NCBI GenBank assembly: GCA_964342815.1
Contig: CAYFHS010000016.1
Span: 42,515 to 86,010, forward strand
Source: an uncultured archaeon
GTDB lineage: Archaea; Thermoplasmatota; Penumbrarchaeia; JASLWR01
Reading direction: 5' to 3'
Length of the DNA stretch: 43,496 nucleotides
Shown here: positions 40,282 through 43,496 of the stretch, piece after piece
How the letters are laid out: every line of letters starts with the position of its first letter
How positions within the stretch are numbered: position 1 is the first letter of the stretch
Translations under genes and position numbers: made by a program
Notes under the pieces: model-generated
Seen by the model: the letters and a program-made list of their open reading frames with translations, nothing else
What the model was told of the DNA's origin: nothing
The model's database searches: none

Positions 40282-42732
40282 TTACATGAAATCAAGGAGC
40301 GTGGCATCTTTTTTGGTGTGCTCATTTTCCTTTTTTGATTTATCCTGTTTACTGTAGTTAGATTGTTCGACAAAAGTACCTTCCGCTGACGCCTCTTCTC
40401 CTGTCCATTGATCAATGGATTGCTGGTATATTCCGTCCATTAAAAATTTTTTATCATAACCAAAAACCTCGGTTATTCGAGCAAGAGCCCTTGCCATTCT
40501 CTCAGCATAATAATCCCAATCGGGAGCCGCTGGCACATCCCCCTCCATCAGGACGGGCTCAACCACCTGTGGTGTCTTTTTTCCATTGGTGACGATATAG
40601 GAAACCTTCATTCCGGGGGTAAACTCATGGTTGCTGGACACCAACTTCTGCATTGCCTGGAAATGGGGAAGTCTTTCAGGATCCTTATAATGGCTTTTCT
40701 TTTGGACCGTTTTGGAGATTATCAGCTGATTAGGATCCACCAACCCGCGTTTCGTCTCAGCAATAACATTCTGAACTAGCTTCAGCGCCTTGTTTGGAGC
40801 TTCCTCATCGTCTAGGGAGAGAATAAGTGAAAATACCTCTTTTAGCGTATCGGTTAGAAGATCGAAGGAGTCGCTTCTCCTGATTTCATAACCCCTTACT
40901 AGCAATCCCTCTGCAGGCCATACAACCTTACCCACATACCGTTTCTTGGCACCGTGTGCAAAGAATGTTTCCAGCACCTTTTCGAATTCCAATACGGCTC
41001 CCTCTTTTGAAAACCTCGTGGCGAGATCGTTTCCGAAGGCCATTGATGTATCCAAGGCACTGAAGGGAGATTGAACGAAAATCGAATCGGTATCAGAATA
41101 AAGAACGGTAATACCTTCATTTTTTAGTTCTTCGATTATTCTCTTTATATTCTGTCTAGCGAATGAAGTAATGGCACCCCCAATGCTCTTGTCGGTAAAT
41201 CTGTAAAAATTGGACGCAAAAACCCCATAAAAAGCGTTCATCAGCACTTTTATTGCCTGCTGAAAACCCTCGTAATATCTTTGTTCATCCTCATCCTTCG
41301 CTTCCCTGCTCTTTTCCTTTGCCAACTCCCGATCATGCATCAGTTTCTTAAGTATATTCGGCAGTATCCCTTCCTTTCTCTCTTTTGAAAGGAATTGAGC
41401 CCCGTTGGGAGCTGACACGTCTCCCTCCTTGCTCTTTGTAGAAAAACAGATGTTATTTGCAATGATGATGGAAGGATACATTGATTTGAAATCCAGAACA
41501 CACACCCAATGATGAAGACCTGCCTGCAGTGTGTGAACGTACCCTCCTGTAATACTGTCTTTCTTGGATTGATGAATACTTAGAGGTATACCCACATTCT
41601 TCTTCTCTGCTTCCCTTATCAGAAGAGAGTCTATAAGGGTTGAGGTTCTTCCCTTGATCACGTCGCCAAATGGAAGGCGGCTGACCTGAGAGAGATCGAT
41701 ATGTTTCTGGATTATTCCAAGTTTTTCCATTAGTAGAATTGGAAGTTCCGCATCCCTCTTGCAATATTCTATTACTTTTTCGGAATCCCTCTCCCATTCC
41801 TCATCCATCCGACTGGAATCAACATCAAGCTTATGTACGTCAAGGAATTTCGTAGAAACATAGCTGAGAGATTCTCTCTTCGGACGCTTTTCCTTCTTTA
41901 CCTGCCACCAGGCATCCACGATGACCCTACCCTTGCAGTTCCACCCCATAAATTTGTCCTCGGTAACAGGTGACAAATTTCTACCCAGCTCCAGAGAATC
42001 ACCCATACCGTTTAAAGCCATTCGTTTTCGGATATACGGAATATCATAATTGTCGATATTGTAACCAGTTAGAATGTCGGGATCCTCTGCCTTTACAAGT
42101 CTAATAAATTCCATCAATATATCAGATTCCACTCCTCGAAGTACTTTGAAACTGATATCGTCAATACCTTCCCTAATAGCGCAGCAGATACAGAGAATTC
42201 GTCCGGTACTTATAGAATTCTCCAGATCGAAACTCAGTATTTTCAGATCTGTCTTGAATGAATGCCCGAACTTAATATCTTTTACGTCAACAACGAGATC
42301 GGTGGTATAATTTTGAGTTACTGCGGCTTCGGTGACAATTTCCCCTTTGACCTTTAACGAAGAGCCGAGGTTCAGATCATAAAAGAATCTTTGAATAAAC
42401 GGAATATCTGCTGCTAGTATTTTAAATCGATTTTGATACCTCTTCTTGTAATCAGGTACCTTGAAAGGGTATTTTATTTCAACCTTCATACAATCTTTTT
42501 TAACATTATTTACATACAGCATCCTCATAGAGTATCTAACTACTTCCGGATCATCCATCAAATCCTGAATAACATTTTGATCAGGTGATACGATATAAAA
42601 ATACGGATAGAATCCATTATATCTCATAGTGAGCGATCTACCATCCTTCGTCCTTCCGAAGAGATCTATTCTCACCCCCAATCCTTCCACATTGTATGTT
42701 CCGTTCAACACTCGTACTCGAAAATCCTCCAT
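40282..42732 (-). CDS. polB: Family B DNA polymerase
   Basis: Exo I FDLE, Exo II GYNIDNYD, Exo III YCKRD, motif A DFKSMYPS, motif B KVLMNAFYG, motif C YSDTDS. Confidence 0.97.
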   Translation of the reverse strand: MEDFRVRVLNGTYNVEGLGVRIDLFGRTKDGRSLTMRYNGFYPYFYIVSPDQNVIQDLMDDPEVVRYSMRMLYVNNVKKDCMKVEIKYPFKVPDYKKRYQNRFKILAADIPFIQRFFYDLNLGSSLKVKGEIVTEAAVTQNYTTDLVVDVKDIKFGHSFKTDLKILSFDLENSISTGRILCICCAIREGIDDISFKVLRGVESDILMEFIRLVKAEDPDILTGYNIDNYDIPYIRKRMALNGMGDSLELGRNLSPVTEDKFMGWNCKGRVIVDAWWQVKKEKRPKRESLSYVSTKFLDVHKLDVDSSRMDEEWERDSEKVIEYCKRDAELPILLMEKLGIIQKHIDLSQVSRLPFGDVIKGRTSTLIDSLLIREAEKKNVGIPLSIHQSKKDSITGGYVHTLQAGLHHWVCVLDFKSMYPSIIIANNICFSTKSKEGDVSAPNGAQFLSKERKEGILPNILKKLMHDRELAKEKSREAKDEDEQRYYEGFQQAIKVLMNAFYGVFASNFYRFTDKSIGGAITSFARQNIKRIIEELKNEGITVLYSDTDSIFVQSPFSALDTSMAFGNDLATRFSKEGAVLEFEKVLETFFAHGAKKRYVGKVVWPAEGLLVRGYEIRRSDSFDLLTDTLKEVFSLILSLDDEEAPNKALKLVQNVIAETKRGLVDPNQLIISKTVQKKSHYKDPERLPHFQAMQKLVSSNHEFTPGMKVSYIVTNGKKTPQVVEPVLMEGDVPAAPDWDYYAERMARALARITEVFGYDKKFLMDGIYQQSIDQWTGEEASAEGTFVEQSNYSKQDKSKKENEHTKKDATLLDFM

Positions 42733-42857
42733 TTTCTTCCCGATACTGTCAATATATACAAAACATAAATAATTTTGTTTTCAATACAATAGAAATCCTC
42801 TTGCGGCGAGAGAAACACCATAGATTTGTTTAGCTTACGCTAAGGAAAAAAAATGAG

Positions 42858-42895
42858 AAAAAAGAAAAAAAATCGGGCAAAAGTAAAGCCCGATT
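42858..42895 (-). terminator. Hairpin plus oligo-T terminator-like element
   Basis: 8-bp stem AATCGGGC (42871-42878) / GCCCGATT (42888-42895), starting 2 nt after a stop codon and followed by long T-runs on the minus strand. Confidence 0.65.
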
Positions 42896-42897
42896 AT

Positions 42898-43496
42898 TTA
42901 CATCACTACGTTCCAAGAGTTCTCGTAGGTCAGCGTGCCGGGTATTCCCAGTTTCGCATGGGCCGAAATGGATACTGCACCTGCGAATACTCTATCCGGT
43001 ACCGTAACCTGAATACTCTGCTGGAAGTATTTCATGGTTCCGTCAACTCGAACCTGATTGACGATGGATGTCCAGGCAGTGGTTGCAGCGGGTTCTCCAT
43101 CCTGGATCTCGTCGTCTCCGGTATTGGGTATGTTATCCGGTCCGTAGCTGGTCTGGTTGAAGTAGATGGTCACATTCAGTGGGCCCCAGCTGTCCGGCTG
43201 CTCCGAGTAGGTAAGCTCCGGGAACGTGCTGGGTGTAGCGGGGTTATCTTCGAAACCAAGTTCTATCTCGATGGTCAGTGTCTCGCCCTTCCGGAGAACG
43301 AGTCCACCCCAGCCACCCTGGCCGAGACCGTTTATCTTTTTTATGATGATATCGGTGTCGAATCTGTCGTTGTATACGAGAGGGTCCGGATCGATTCCAT
43401 CGGGTATACCATCATTATCGGTGTCTTCATTGGTGGGATCGGTTCCCATCTCTCCTTCCTCGGAGTCGGTTAGGCCGTCGCCGTCGGTATCCGCGT
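42898..43496 (-). CDS. 3' end of a larger secreted-type protein with TSP3-like Ca-binding repeats (partial, runs off the window)
   Basis: The frame stays open to the window edge: ADTDGDGLTDSEEGEMGTDPTNEDTDNDGIPDGIDPDP, followed by a beta-rich C-terminal domain. Confidence 0.8.
   Translation of the reverse strand, partial: ADTDGDGLTDSEEGEMGTDPTNEDTDNDGIPDGIDPDPLVYNDRFDTDIIIKKINGLGQGGWGGLVLRKGETLTIEIELGFEDNPATPSTFPELTYSEQPDSWGPLNVTIYFNQTSYGPDNIPNTGDDEIQDGEPAATTAWTSIVNQVRVDGTMKYFQQSIQVTVPDRVFAGAVSISAHAKLGIPGTLTYENSWNVVM

Noticed and set aside
40282-42732. polB peculiarities (YSDTDS motif C, AADIPF in the uracil-pocket region, possible intein)
   Set aside because: The length (816 aa) leaves no room for an intein, and the motif variants look within the range of normal family B variation. 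Nothing decisive without an alignment.
524-43473. Long antisense or alternate-frame ORFs (e.g. 524..1018+, 6206..6709+, 8899..9525+, 19170..19796-, 21867..22349-, 28377..28964+, 34888..35199-, 42853..43473+)
   Set aside because: They are shadows of well-supported genes, produced by codon bias and low-complexity repeats, and have no independent motifs.

Overview
Archaeal chromosomal window, most likely an uncultured Thermoplasmatota lineage. This is inferred from the Thermoplasmata-style family B polymerase, UPF0147, a COG3398-type double winged-HTH, a PGF-CTERM tail, GGTGA-type RBSs and TATA boxes. About 23 kb of the 43.5 kb encodes five giant single-pass surface proteins: Kelch/LamG (1910 aa), metallophosphoesterase/Ig (1281 aa), CARDB/PKD (1084 aa), an 18-residue helical-repeat protein (1988 aa) and a prenyltransferase-like barrel protein (1421 aa); a sixth secreted-type gene is cut by the right edge. 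They are interleaved with housekeeping genes (cdd, ubiX, UPF0147, ksgA/rsmA, a PLP aminotransferase, polB, tRNA-Arg(GCG)). The most unusual signals are: (1) the 1988-aa protein with about 60 tandem 18-aa helical repeats, apparently inserted in a host domain and ending in an HF|T autoproteolysis-like motif near the membrane; (2) a hairpin-dense non-coding tract at 1-520 containing a 117-bp-period duplication whose differences all fall at adenines of copy 1, followed by a C-GGA-G mini-hairpin; (3) a 21/23-identical upstream motif shared by a CreD-like gene and a membrane-anchored winged-HTH regulator; (4) a membrane-tethered C4HC3 RING/PHD-like finger. No rRNA, CRISPR array, integrase, transposase or reverse transcriptase was seen. 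All family calls come from motif recognition by eye, not database searches.
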